Assembly (NCBI GenBank): GCA_013239625.1
Contig: MU054212.1
Span: 8,455,084 to 8,519,083, forward strand
Length of the DNA stretch: 64,000 nt
From: Lama guanicoe
Taxonomy: Eukaryota
Reading direction: 5' to 3'
Part shown: positions 36,386 through 50,409 of the stretch, in pieces
How positions within the stretch are numbered: the stretch's first letter is position 1
How the letters are laid out: the number at the start of each line of letters is the position of its first letter
Translations under genes and position numbers: made by a program
The notes under the pieces: model-generated
Databases searched by the model: none
What the model was told of the DNA's origin: nothing
What the model saw: only the letters and a program-made list of their open reading frames with translations

Positions 36386-37949
36386 ACTTGATTGCTTTGT
36401 TAGGACAGTGGACAAGATTGATAGGGCCTTTGAATACTGAGCAGAAAAATATGGATGTTACTTGGAAGACAGTAGGGAGTCGTTGAAGGATTTTGATGAG
36501 ACTGTTGATTCATATCAGAATTAAACTTTAATATGTGTGTAGATGAGGGTGATTTTTATTTTAAAAGACTAGAGGTGAGGTAGGAAATGGGGCTGATGCA
36601 TTAGTCTAGTTGACTGTGTATATAGGAACATATAGGTGCATTTTTAGAGATGGAATCAGATATTCTTGTCACTATGTGGAGGAAAGAGAGAAGTCAGTCA
36701 CTCGACCTTTAAAAGAATGTCGTCATTAACAGAAATGAAAAAATAGGAGCTTGTTTGAAGATAGGAGCGGGTGTGGTGGGGTGAGGAAATGTGAGCCCCA
36801 GATGGTCGGGTGTGGCTTATGTCTGGGTTGGTTTGGCTGAAGTATCAGTGAGAGGTGGCTGTGGCCGGTGGGTGTTGGACCCCGAGACAGAAGATGGGGG
36901 ACTGAGGTCACTGAGGATGATCGCATTAGAAGGCAGCTTGAGTGTTGCAGCCGACAGGCTGGAGTGGGATGGAAGTGGGGAAGAACGTGGCGAACCCAGT
37001 GCTGACTTCGGCCCTTCGGGGAAGGTTGGGTTGTGTCATGAAGATCAGTCTCAGTATAAAAGGATAAATCTTTTGGGGGTGAGGCCTAAATGAAGCAGCC
37101 AGTTTTGACTAATTCGCAGTCACGCTGAACTATTTCAGTACACTATTGTAATATTATGGAAAATGTCCTGTGGGAATACTCACACACATAACAAAAATGT
37201 AATAAAATAATATGTAAGAATATCAAGACTGGTCCATTTTCTTAGGACACACAAGGCGGGGTCCACCTGTGATTCACTTGCCCCACACCCACAGAGATGC
37301 TTGGCTGCCGGCCCTCACTTGCTCTGTTCTCATTTACGAGGCTGAGGAAATTTCGCAGAAGCTTCTGGGAAAGACTTTTTGCCTTGTCCAAGGCATGGGG
37401 AGGAGGACCCCTCTGTTTGTGTGGATTGTCCTGTGTGACTCTGAGGCTCGGAGCCGCTGCAGCAATCTTGTTATCCAACCCGAGGAGGAAACAGGCTCCA
37501 GCGGGCGGCTGAGGGAATTGCAGAGGGATGAAGCTAGAGCTTCTAGGTTGAGCCAGCTCTGAATTCCATCCCACCCCAGACTAACAGTTATGTGAGCCGC
37601 TACATTTCCTTATGTGTAAACAGTTTGAGGAGTGATTTCTGTTTACTTAAAGCTAATGGCATCTCAACGGATGTCATAATGCGGAATTGCAATGGGAAGA
37701 GATAACGAGATTCCTTCTGCTAGATGTTCGAGGTAAAATCCTCAAGATACTCTTTAAACAGGCTGGTGCCCTAACATGGCAAGGTAGAAGCTGCATGAAT
37801 TAGAGTCAGGGGACCTGGGTTGTAGTTTCACAGAAACTCTTTCCGACCTGAAGGCTTAAAACCAGTAACACTTTTATTTATTAAAAAAATGTTTTTGGTT
37901 TCTCTAAGATTCTTCAGATTGTTCATTCTCTCTCTCTCTCTGTTTCTTT

Positions 37950-38051
37950 AGCATTTTATTGTGGGAATTTTCAAATATATGTGGAAGTAGAGTGTTATAA
38001 TGAACCTTCATATATTCATCTCACCTCAGTAATCATCAACATTTTGACAGT
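37950..38051 (-). mobile_element. L1ME-like 3' terminal fragment
   Basis: ttttattgtgggaattttcaaatatat...aagtagag...tataatgaacc...atcatcaacattttg. Confidence 0.6.
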
Positions 38052-38289
38052 CTTAAAACCAGTAGCTTTTAAGTGCTTAAAGTTGGCTCTTCTGGCAGAC
38101 TTTTTTTTTTCCAGCTAAACTTTGGAGCTAAATTAGGTCTCCCTTGCTTTAAGGTTTCAGTTATCTGCATATGCTTCTTTAATACTGTTCTTTTTAGCAT
38201 GAAAAGGAGTTAGAAAACTGTGAAAACAAGTCTTTATATTAGCAATGTCCTCAATTATGAATGTTCAGGCTTTATATTTGTGCATGTCG

Positions 38290-38642
38290 CGGTAGGATGG
38301 ATTCTCCTTTACTCACATAGAACCCCCAGATCTCAGTGGCTCATGTACCGGTTGGCTGGGGACTCTGCTCTGCCTCTTCCCTCTCTGGGACCCAAGCTGA
38401 GGGAGCAGTTACCGTCTCAAGTGTTGCCAGCACTGTCACAGAGGGAAAGAGAGCAGGGCAAATGGTGTGCTGTTTCTTAAAGCTTCTATGTGGAAGTAAG
38501 GCATGTCTTTTCTGTTCACATATCAGGGGCCAAAGCAAGTCACATGGCTACCCGTGTTTTAAGGGGATGGAAAATTGCAAATCTGCCATGTGCCTTTCAG
38601 GAGAACCAGAAGTAATGGGTGGATAGCACTAATGATTATCAG
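38290..38642 (-). mobile_element. MaLR LTR (MLT1J-like)
   Basis: ggccaaagcaagtcacatggc...gcaaatctgccatgtgcc...atagcactaatga. Confidence 0.7.
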
Positions 38643-39679
38643 AGCATTGTGACAAACAGAAAATGTCCTCTGCCTTTTAACTTTACGTGTAACAGCTAAG
38701 GCTTCAAAACTTGTTTACCCTCATGGAACAAGTGTAGGGAGTGATATTAACATTAACTTCACTGTTTTCTTAGCTCTTGTTTATTTAAAAGCCACTTTCA
38801 GACCAGTTATTTAGAAAAAGTCCCCAAGAGAGGAAATAACCAGTTTCTAGATTAGACCCCTGGTTTTTTTCTGAAAAATAAAGATGTTTACCTCTTTCAG
38901 GTGATGCAGTGGATCAGGGAAGGGGCAGGATAATTGTAGCTGCTTTACTTTCCATTAGAGGAAGACCTTTACCATCTTTTCTGCTCATCCTTTTAAAAAT
39001 AGCATTTTGGATTTGAATGCTGACATGGATAAAGTCCCAAATCAGACCCTTAGGGTTCAGGACTCTAGATCAGATCTCTTTGTTTGTATCTTTTGCTTTT
39101 GGAGGCTAGGATTTAAACAGATTCTGACCATCTTGTTTGAGTCTGTCAGTCAGAGCGCCGCCCACGTTTATATCACCTGGAGGAAGCTACATGACCCCCC
39201 CCCACCCCAGTCCCTGCTCAGAGGTGCTTTTGGTTGATCATAATTTGATAGCCCTCGGAAATGTGTACCAGACCAAGGCAAGGCGGCCGGGCCAGTAGCA
39301 GCCACTGTGATATGACCTGGCTTGAAAAGATAAGTGAGGCCAGCTAGCTCCACTCTCTTCCAGAGAGTTTAGCTTTGAAGACTGAGACCAAGGCTCTGAG
39401 TCCAGCACAATGCCGTGAGAGAGTGAAAAAGTCATGATCACTCATAGGCAGTCTGAAGAAGTGATGATGAGGAGGAAAGGGACAGAGTGGAGAGTTGATG
39501 GCTTAGGGATGAGAAGAGAAGGAAGCAGGCTCCTGGGGTGTTGTGTCATGTGGTCCTGGAGGTACACCCTGCTCATCCTGGCTACTGGTGGACTTTCTGC
39601 TTACCTCTGTGAGGCCCAGCACTGTGGTCACTTCTGGCCTGCTTGGCTTGGGATTCCTGTCTTCCATGCATGTTCTGAA

Positions 39680-40120
39680 GAGTAAGATTAGTTAGGAGTA
39701 CTTGTTCCAGAGATCCAGAGCAAAGGTAGCTGAGGCAAGGAAGAGCTCCTTGTCTCTCGGGTCCAAGTCTGGACATAGTCAGCTCCTGACTGATGTGGTG
39801 GCTCCGTGGTTCTCTGTGATGTTGATGGTTCTCGCTCTCTCATCTGCATCCCAGAGTCTAGTCTTCATCCTCAGGGTCTGAGCCATCACATTCCCGTTCC
39901 ACGCAGCAGGATGGAGGAAGAGTTGAAGAGGAGGCGAGCTCCAGTTCTTTTTAGCTCCCCTGAAAGTCGCACACATGGCTTCTCTCCTATCAGCTAGAAC
40001 TTCACTGCAAGGGAGACTGGGAAGTGTATCCTGATACTGGCTGTCTATGTGCCTAGCAAAAACAGGGGGTTCTGTGTCTGCAGACGGGGGCATGGATACT
40101 AGACACCTCACAGTCTGCTT
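39680..40120 (-). mobile_element. Old MaLR LTR (MLT1J/K/L-like)
   Basis: ccatcacattcccgttcca.gcagcaggatggagg...ctgcaagggagactgggaagtgta. Confidence 0.6.
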
Positions 40121-41774
40121 GGTGTATCTTGAAAGTAAACTCTTTGCTGCTTGAGGGTGTCTCTGCACGTTGTCATGAAAGGCATCTAAGTCACCTCCTT
40201 CTTTGATTTCATGCCTGTTTGTACCTAGGTTTCTGCTCACAAATTGTTTCAGCCAAACCAAGCAAAGATTCATTTGTTTGTTTACTGAAATGTTCTTTTG
40301 TAAGTGTCCATCGTGCACTTCAAGTATGGTCTTGGACATTGCGAAGACACAAAAATGAAGCAACGTGTGATCTCTGCCCTCAAGATGCATGCAGTCTGGC
40401 AGAGAGTACGAGTAAATAATGACACTGCTGTGTGATAGATGCAGTGATGATGACCCCTGTCCAAGTAGACGGTGTACGTGCTGGGATGACAGGGCCGAGT
40501 ACTGGCAGTGTCTTCCACCCCTTTCTTTCTTGAAGACGCGGGAAATGAAGGCCCGCACCCTGGCCCTAACTAAGCACTAGCTGTGGTAGGGGCACTGTCA
40601 GTCCAAATTCAGATATTCTTTCCTGTAAGGGCTTCCCATTCTTCCCTTCCCAGTGCACAGAGTAAAAGCTTTCAAAAAGCAGACCCCTAAATTTACTGCA
40701 GTAAAGAGCATTCTGCACACAGTGTATATAATATGCGTGTAACCGTATGCACAGTGCGTTATGTCATGCAACATTCTTCTCATTACAAACCCCAGAAATC
40801 CAGTTCCCTAGTTTTATCAATACTAAGATTTCTTTTGGACATTTTTTTTACATGACAGTCTTTGTGCGGTGACCGACTTACCAGTGGTATTTTGTTTTAT
40901 GTTAAATCTTACCCTCGTTTACCTTTTCTCTGCATCTGTCTGTGGAAAGCTGATCTTTGACATTAGTGGTGCATTAGGGGATATCTCCACAATAATCTTA
41001 GGTCGAAATGGAGTTTTTATACAAAAAAATTCAGGTCAGTCAAAGTGCTGTAAGCTTATCAGAATCTAGGGGATAACATGAGATTAAAACATTGTTTCTG
41101 CGGCCTGTCTCCTGGGATGTGGAAATAGCTGTTGTTCAGACCTCTTTGGTGTTTTCTCTCTGATTATTTTACCTGCAGCCCGTTGCTACCATTGAGCCTC
41201 TCTGTTTGCTCTGTTAGATTATGTTAGGTTTATGAGTTGAAAGCACTCCTATACATCATAATTTATTTGGATTAATTATAGCCCTAAATTTTGTTTTACT
41301 TCTCGACATCATAGATACTTACTGGGACTGTCCTTTTTTTCCTGAAAGAGAATTATTTTTTAAAATGGAAGGTGGGAAAGACAGATATGGTCAGAAGCCT
41401 TTGGGAGAGAGCAGTGACTAGGAGACAGAGTGAATTAATTTTTTTATATTGATTATAATCAGCTGCTTGCTCTTTGCTTAGTACTCATCTCTTTAGATTC
41501 TCTCTTTGAAGGCATACATTGTAATAATGACATCTCAGTAATACTTCATATTTTTTATATTTAAAAAAGAAGTGAACCCCTAGTATTTGAATTATCTTCA
41601 GTGTACGTTTGCTTGTTTTTCACAGAAGTAGAGGATTGTTCGGAAAGTCATTATTCTGAAACTAATGGATCATAGGTCACTTTAGGTGGTGGTGGTGGTT
41701 TTGAATTTTCATTATGCTTGGAGCTGTGGAGGGGCACTTTCATGGAATCACAGAGTGTTAGAATTTCAAGGAAA

Positions 41775-41947
41775 CGGACCATCTGTATGATGTGGGTCCA
41801 TTGCAAAATGAAAATGTGGGGCCTCTTCTTAAGAACTCTAAAGAATTTCAAGACCATGCCAGCAGAGCATTAAACAAAGTGTAGTGCCTTCCTAAGTGTG
41901 GGGCCCTGTGTGACTGCACAGGTCACAGGTCCATGAAGCCTGCTCTG
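41775..41947 (+). mobile_element. MER45A-like hAT element, near full length
   Basis: tgcaaaatgaaaatgtggggcc...aagaatttcaagac...cagcagagcattaaac...ggggccctgtgtgactgcacaggtcac...ccatgaagcc. Confidence 0.85.
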
Positions 41948-43694
41948 CAGGGATATGGTAGAGAACATGGAGTACAGGCCCCACCTTATATAGACAAGGA
42001 TACGCAGCACCTCTATGTGACTGGACGCTGGTGATGCCTGCTGTACAGCACGACCAGGCTGCAGCCTTACGAAGGGGTGCATCCGAAGGTCGGTTCATTT
42101 ATTTATTTATGCTGCCTTTAAATCTGTAGGCATGTTTAGTCCGTGTAATTTAAAACTACTATCAGTTATTCCCAGCGGTCATCAAAACAATGGCATGAGT
42201 GGTTGAAATAAATAATTCCAAGGAATTTTATCCTAAGTTATTTCCCCAATTCTCCATCCAACAAGAGTTCATTTTTCCTTTTTTAAAAAATCTTTGTCAT
42301 GTTTGTTCTGCTGCAAAATTTATTAGCTTAGATTTAAATTCTTTATTTTCTTGTAAATTCTCTGAGAGTTCTAGTGAGCCTTGAAAGGACCCACAGGAAG
42401 GGGAAGGAAGAGAAGCAAAGGGCCTTACTGATCTACAGTGTGGGTGTGAGCCCTTCACAACTGCGGAGGGTGGCTGTGTGACTGTGGTGGATGTTCTTTT
42501 GCTGTAGGACACACGGAAGAACAGGCAGCACGTGTTTGTTACTGAAAATCTGCTGTACGCACCCCTGTCACAGTAGTTTTTTTTAATTAAATTACTTTTA
42601 TTAGTAATCACATGATTTTTGTTCTTTTTTTCATAATCACTCTCATTAAGGCTGCTGATAGAAATAAATGGAAGCAGCTAGCTGCTTCAGCACGATTCAT
42701 ATTCAGATCACTTTAGCATTTAAATGTTGATCTGCTGACAGCTTCTTGTGGGGGGCATTTCTATATCTTGTTTCATTAGCTCACCCAATTTTGTATGCTG
42801 TTTTAATAAAATTCACTGACAACATAATGCAGGTTAGACCTGCTCTTCTAGCGCTGAGATTACATTGGATAGCCACCTGGAAGGAACTACTGGACTAGTT
42901 TATGAGCAGACAAACTACTCATGGCCTGGAAAAATTAAGAATGTCATGGGGTTACGGGAGTTTGTAATGTCAACAGATACCATATAGTAGAGCTGCCTCG
43001 TGTCACATAACAGAGATCAGTTCAGTTGATGAGAAACAATAAGAACTAACACCCTTCTATATTAAATAATTAGGGGGTCATCTTGTACTGTTTTGGTTGC
43101 TGTGTGCAGTTGCTAGCTACAATGCTGAATGCACTTCACTTTTAGTTTTTGGCTGACTTTTACGACAGTCTGGGGTGTAACAAGGAGCCTTTGCTTCTGT
43201 TAAATGCTGACCTGGGAGCTGAGACCCGTGATGTGGATTCAGCCACCTCTTGCACCATTAGGGTGGAAACAGAATAGGGGACATTCCTGTTGGAGAATGT
43301 TGCCCTTTATAAAATGTTTCTGAAGTTTACAAAGTGCTTTTCAGTTGAAATTAAGTTCAGTAATCTGATGAGCATTTATGGAGTATGTGTGATGTATAAG
43401 GCCCAGTGTTAGACCCAGTGGGTGATAGAATGATGAGATGGAATTCCTGCTACACCTGAAGATAAGACATACAAATAGTTATAGTTAGAATAAAAACTGT
43501 GATTCAGTGATTTAGTTATTTATCTGATAGCTATTACGCACCTACTGCTATGAATCATTCTGCTCTGCACTATGAATTCAAAAATGCCTTCCAGGACCCG
43601 CAGTCAAATGGGTAGACGGGGCCTGCAAAACTACGACTGGTGGTGGTGTCAGTAGAGGTGTATAGAGGGAGACGTCTGAGGAGGTGAGGAGCAG

Positions 43695-44157
43695 AACCTC
43701 AAAGTTGTTGAAGACCTCAAAGATTTTTGTTTTGTGGGTTATCTGTTAATGTTTATCATATTAAAGATAAAACCTAGATGTTATGAAGACATTAATTCAT
43801 TTCAAATAATAATAAACCCATTACCTGTTAATACAAATATATGTTTTTTTGGAAAATAACAGCTTTCCAAAACAAAAAATTAGTGGCAAGTGTGGCTTTG
43901 TTTTACATTTGCATAAATCTCATTGTCCAGCTTCTCATAGCTGGATTCTCAAATCTTCTTTTGTATTCAGTCTTTTATGATAGCATATGTCATGTGGCCT
44001 CTGGAACTCGACTGTGGACTCGTGATGGCACGAGAGTAAAAAGGCAAATAATGACTTGATATTATTGTACAGATAGTTTTGAACTTGCAGACTCCTTAGA
44101 AGGATCTTGAGGGCCCCCAGAAGGGGTTTCTGGGCTACCATTTTAAGATCTGCTGCT
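43695..44157 (-). mobile_element. MER119/Charlie1-like hAT remnant
   Basis: ttgaagacctcaaaga.ttttgtttt.tgggtta...ataataaacccattac...aaaaggcaaataatgactt..tattatt...atagttttga.ctt...aggggt..ctggg..accatttt.aga.ctgctg. Confidence 0.75.
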
Positions 44158-45949
44158 GTATGTGGATGGTTTTCTGACTTCTTAGTAGCAGGAGCATGTT
44201 TTCAAATAGTATCTTCTACCAAGCTCCAACGTATAGATACAGAGCTGATTGCGTTACAGTGCATATATGCTGGGGCTTCGTTCCCTGGAGCCCTGAATTC
44301 CCTTTCTTTCTCCTTCCTTGGCTAAGCTGCTAAATTGGCCGAGCAATTGATCCCTCTAGGGTGGGGATGCTGTGTGAGACAGTGAGGCAGGTGAGCATGT
44401 TGTGTTTACTCTGTGTCACTCTGTACCATTGTTAAATTTCAGTATTTTATTTAATAGTGTTTAATATATCATAGTTTACTATGTCTTAATATGAACTACT
44501 AGTATTTTATAAAGGCTGTTTTCCCTCAAGTACATGATCATTGGTTTGCTTTCATTAACAAACAAACAAAAAGATTTAATTGCAACCAGAGACCTAATTT
44601 TGTTTCTGAGGTTTACTTTTCCAATTTTGTGTAAGACATTTTAATGAAATTTGCAGCAACCTTATAGAAATAGTTATGTCATTAAACATTACCTAACTCA
44701 GATTCTTTTTTAAAGACAAGTCATTTTCTTTACACATCTGAGAGTATGTAAAATAAAATTGAGTCAAGGTCCAGTATGCAGTCAGACAAAAGTGAGGAGG
44801 TGGAAGAAGTCTTATTCTACTTGCCAAATGCAGGAGGAATTCTTACCGTCTGGAGACCAGGGGAGAGTGGCAGCTGCCTAGAGCTCAGACAGTGCTGTAA
44901 GCACCATCACCACTAGCCGGTTTTAGGATGCAGTTTATTTAAAATGCAGTTATTTTTCTGCCTCAGGAAACATTCTCATATTTGTCTATTTTATTACTAC
45001 ATGGACTTGTTTCTATTTTTTTTAATCTCGAAAAAGGATCATAAGTTTCCTGTAAAGTTTCTGTTTTTACAAGTTAATCCTGTTTCTACGTTTTTCAGGT
45101 CTTGTCCTTTGAAAGTTTTTATCTGACAGACAAAATAAAGAAACATTAATCTGTTACCATCATTATTACCTGTATCATTAAAAAAAAAAGATCATCTTTT
45201 GTATGTAATGATAACACTGTTTATATAGAATATTGGATGTAAACTCTAGCTTTATTGTCTACCTTTTAAGAAATGGAAGGAAAAATTAAGGGATGCAGAG
45301 AAAAGCAGTGAACGTAATTACAGGACTGAAAAGTACAGTCTTGGTTTTGGAGTTAAATGTTTTAAGGTGTGATTTAATAACTAACTCAAATTCGTACATG
45401 ATTCTTTTTATGAAAAGAGAAAAACCTGTTTTAAAGAGTTGTAAATAGGGCACATCTCCATGAAAGAATGAGGTATAATTGGACAAATTGCCTTCTAAAT
45501 TAGGTTTAACATTCAAAAGAACTGCCTAATAGTGTTACCAATTAACTACTAATTATCTTTAGAAACATGAAGGATAATTCTCATTTAACTATTTTTTAGT
45601 AAATATTCAAGTGCCTGTTTTGATCCCATCAGAAGCATATTTTTAAATTTCATGTATTTAATTTAACTTTTTGAATAGGTAGTATAACTTTTTAAGCAGC
45701 ACCTGCAATGATTAATACTCAGGTGTGTCCCTGTTTCTTTGAAGTGGATGGAGTCGTGTAGTATTAACATGTCTGTAGGCTACTCACCATCCTACTTTAT
45801 GTCAAGAGAAGAGGAAAATACTCATAGTTTCTTATAACTGTATGTTTAATAAAGATTAATGGGTGGTATGTGGGGGAAATACTTAATGTTTTAGTAATAG
45901 GTACCTTGTTGAAAATCGCAGTCCCCCAGCCTTGCTCTTGATCCTTCTA

Positions 45950-46140
45950 CTTGACTATTCTGTTTCTTCTTTCCATTGCTCTTACTTCTGTGATACAGTT
46001 CAGTTGACTTGTGTTTATTGTTTGCTGTCTGCATCTCTCCTCCCACATAGGGTCTTTGAGTGCATTAATCTTTGTTTAGTTTAGAGATTTATGCCAAGTG
46101 CGTAGAACAGTGTTTGGTACGTATTTGTTAATCTAATGAG
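45950..46140 (+). mobile_element. L2 3' end remnant
   Basis: gtttattgtttgctgtct...agtgcgtagaacagtgtttggtac...tatttgtt. Confidence 0.55.
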
Positions 46141-48558
46141 TCATTTTTCCCTTTGGCTTTTAGAAGTAGAGGTACATTTCTTCTGGGGAAAAATACTCGG
46201 CCAGCAGCCTATTCACAATGTTTAGAGGCTTCGGTTTCTTGGCAGTGTGGCAAATCAGAGAATTTTAGAAAGTCTCCCCTTATGAAACATTACAAATAAC
46301 TGGACCAGATATTCAAGCTACCTTTTAAATGCATAGTTGAGCTGACAAGCAAGTAAGGTCAAAAACAAAAAATCGTGACTCCAGGGAGGTGAGCTCATGG
46401 TGATACTGGCTGCTGTGCTGTGAGTGCTGGTGTCTGTCGATCCCTGGAGGCCTAGAGCTCTCAGTTTTGCAGGGTGACCATGGGGTACTAGACAGAGTCT
46501 GGGGGTCAAGGTGAGAAGTAACATCCAGGGACTCCTGTATAAAGCTGAAACTGCCTGAAAGGTGTTGGTAGAAAAGCTAGGGAAAAAATTTTTAAACCTG
46601 CAGGGGTGGATGAGTGTAGGAATTGGGTAAGGAGAGTTCTGTGTCTCAGCTTGTCTTTCATTGGAAAGGTATTAGGCCTCCCCGAGACATGATGACAAGT
46701 CCACTCGTCACTGGGTTTGGGTCGGAACTCATCATACCTCAGTGCCCTCCCCCCCCAAACCCAAGCCAAGACATCAGTGAAAGTGGTCTTAGTTTGTTAG
46801 GACTGAGGAGCAAACCAGAGCCTCTGAAGGAATACAGAACACAAACCTCAGAGAACTGATACAGTAAAATTTCTAGGAACATGAGCTCACAATTAAAAAA
46901 AAAATCAAAACCACTTCATAGAAGCCATAGTGCGTTAGCCAGCGAATCACCTGATTTGAAGTGTCAGTCGTCTTACCTGTGAGGGGTGGGCGCAGCGGTC
47001 CCTAGCTCACTGTCTTGTCGGGAGGGTTAGTTACGGCATCTCTGTCGGTAACAAAGAAAAACATGTGCAACTCTTGAGTGTGTGTAGTAAGGAAAGGAGA
47101 GAGAACTCAAGTGTTTAGAGGTTTCTGCAGAATACAATTTTGAGAAGTAAGTGGCATTTAAAAAAATAGTGCAGAAGTAATGTTTTGAGTTCCTGATGTG
47201 AATTAAATAGCAGGATTATTTCAGGGACTTTTTCAACAACTGTTAGCTTTCTATTGTTCAATGAATAACATCCTAATTGCAGTGGTTTGGGGGGGAGGTT
47301 CTGAGAGCAGGAAGTAAATCCTCTGTCTGCCCCCAAAGAGCTGAAAAAAATTCCAAGAAAAGGCACTTGGGATGTTATCTCCCGGTATGGATTTTAACTA
47401 GTATCAGTGCAGAAGCCGTGGGAAACTAGGAGACTAACTTTGAGGGAGTAAGGCAGAGAATAGTTCTTCACGGAAACAAAGGGCAAGGGGCCAGAAAGTT
47501 GAGTAGAAACAGCAGGAGAGAATGCAGAAACAATATAAGCAAGGAAAAGAAGTGAAGTGGCATTAGGGAGAAACCAAATTAGGGAAGAGCTTCCCCCCCC
47601 CCCCAAACAAAAACTGATGTACCAGAGAGCCGACTCGTTAAGGGAAGAAAATGAAGAGTGTGTTTTGTAGTGTGCGGCACCTGTGATAAATCTATGACGT
47701 AGAATTCACGACTAATTAGAGCCCTATCTGTCTGTAACATGCTAATAAGTGAACAAAGGGATTTTGTTGTTGTTGTTGCGTTTTTTCATGTGGTAACTAA
47801 ATATTGCAGACATTACCTTGGACCAAAATCTGAAATCTACCCCCATCCCAAATTTCTGTTTTCATTTGATCTGTTGCACAAATTTTAAAACTTTTTCAAT
47901 TCCCCCAAATCACTTAAGTTAATATCCGAGTAACATCAAACAGTGTTTTTAAGTGAAGGCTCTCAAAAGAACTTTCATGTTTGTGGTCGGGAAAAACAGC
48001 TAAATTGCATTTGAGGGTACTATTGTCCTTTGATGTTTTTTCTTCCTTCTTTCATCCCAGAATCTTCAGTGGAGGAGGAGGAAAAGTGTGGCACTGGGCC
48101 CTGGAGAATGCATGGAGAAGGGAAAAGGGAATGACCGTAGAGATTTCCATTTAGTCTGCAAATTGTTCTGCGTTTTTCTCATCCCTAGCCCAGAGCCAAT
48201 AAACTGTCGGGTCTCACGGTCTTGTTTGTTGCCCAGACTGGCAGTAGCAGTGCTGGTGGTAATAGCACAGTAACTGCGTTCTCAGAGTGGGGTTGGCCAG
48301 TTTCTAGTGAATTCTTCATGCACTTCTCATTGGCCACCTCATAGCTATACACGTTGCCTTTGCATTTTGGCTTGATCTGTGGTCCAGCAGCTGTCTGTGG
48401 GTAACATTTGAGAATCTTTGTTCAAAATCTGAGAAGTAAAAAGTATTTTTTAAATAAAAAATTTAAAGCACAGAAAAGTATAGTAGCAGAAGACAAGGAA
48501 GAGTCATGAACCCACCTTTCCCCTGTGTCTTATCTTTACATTTTCCCCTATTTGCTTC

Positions 48559-48963
48559 TGTGTCAGTTAGTGTTAGGTTTAGCTGCATCTGAAAGATCCC
48601 TAGTTCCCTCCCCACCCCGCCAAAGGTGCTTATAGAGGATTTTTTTCCCTCCCTGGACATGGCAGCTGTGTGGTTATCAAAGTTATCTTTCTGCTGTTCA
48701 AGCCTTAGCCTATCAAGACCTTGCTTGCTTTCTCAAGGTCATCTCACGGTTGCAGAGAAAGTCCTTGCCGTTCACATTCCAGGCAGTATGTCAGTACTGC
48801 CCTTTCTGTATCTTTCCCATACCCTACCCAGTGGTTCTGATTTTTATCTTGCTGACTATCTTAATCTGCATGGCAGGCCAGGGTATGTAAATTGCCACTC
48901 AGTAGTACAGCAGTAAGAGAAGAGGAAGGTAGATGTTCCTTGAGTAGCTAGCAATCTGCCACA
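48559..48963 (-). mobile_element. Old MaLR LTR nested in L1
   Basis: tgtgtcagttag.gttaggtttagctgca at one end, tagctagcaatctgccaca at the other. Confidence 0.55.
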
Positions 48964-50409
48964 ATTTAGATCTTTTATATAAAGGAAGTTCCATTATAGT
49001 TGAAGCCTTCCCCTCCCTCCTCAGAATTAACCATATATGAACTTGATACATTGTTCTCATGCCTATTGTTTTATCTTTACAATATGATCATGTCCATGAA
49101 TAGTGCTTATTTTCATCTGCTTTACAACTGTACATAAATGGAACGTACTGTACATACCGTGCAGATTGCTTTTCTCCTCCTTCAGCATTGTTTACCCATA
49201 CTGAGGCACAGAGTTCTCCTTTAATCCTAACTGCTCTGCAGTGTTGTTGCACAGTTCATGTATCCATTTTCCTCTTGATGCACATTTAAGTTGTTACCTT
49301 TTCCCCCATTATAAACAGTGCTGCAGCCTTTGTATGTCTCCTCATGCTCTCCTCATGCTCATGTGCAAGTTTCTCCGGGTTCTGTACCTAGAAGTGGGAT
49401 TACTGAGCCATAGAGGGGGTGCTTTCTTCAGCTTTCCTACATATTGTCAGGCTGCCCTCCAAAGTGGCTGTGCCAGATCACACTTGGAAAGCATTGTATG
49501 ATCATCGCATTTCTTTATTCCTTACTAACAACTCGTCTTTTTGCTAATCTGTTGAGGGCAAATTCATTTCCTTAAGTACTACTGAGGTTGAGTAAATTTT
49601 CATATGTTCATTGGCTGTTTATGGTTCGTTGTCTGTGATTTGCCCATTCATACTTTTTGGCTGTTTTTCACTTGTGTGTTATTTGTTTTGGTTAGGAAAT
49701 GTTTTTAATACATTCTGATACTAAACTTTTGCTGATTATTTCTGTTATGGATATTTCCCCCAGTCTTTGGGTTATCATGTAAATGTCTATGATGTCTTTG
49801 GTTGTATTAAAAACAAATTTTCATGTAGTAATTCTTCCTTTTTTTCCTTTATTATTTGTGCTTTTTGAGTATTGTTTAACAAATTCTTCTGTAACCAAGA
49901 CATAAAGATACTTGCCTTTATTTTCTTTTAAAGTTTTAGAGATATGTATCCTTAAATCTTTAAAGTACCTGGAGTTGTTTATTTGTGTGGTGTGAGGTCA
50001 GAATTTTATTTTTACATATGGGTGAACACATTAAATAGCCCATCCATTTCGTACTGATCTGTAGTGCCCCCTTTGTCATATGTTGTTTGCATGTTCATGT
50101 CGTTCTGATCTTGGACTCTCTGTTCTGTTTTGTTGGTCTTTTAATTGGTCTCTGCCCATGATTCACACTGCCGTCATTACTACGGCTTGATTGGTATGTG
50201 GTAGACAGTTCCCTGGCCTTGTTCAAAATCTTACTGGCTTGTATGGCTTTGCTCTTCTGTATGATTTTAGGAGCTGCTTTTAAAGTTCTATTAAAAAGCT
50301 ATTGTGATTTTGATTGGAACTTTATTAAGTATATAGATTAATATTGAGATAATTTACTGTAATAAACCTTCCTTATGAATCATGCTATAGCTTCATTTTT
50401 TCTCCATTT

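Noticed and set aside
39779..40558. 259-aa minus-strand ORF
   Set aside because: Spans a MaLR LTR and L2-like sequence; random-looking composition; no homology recognised.
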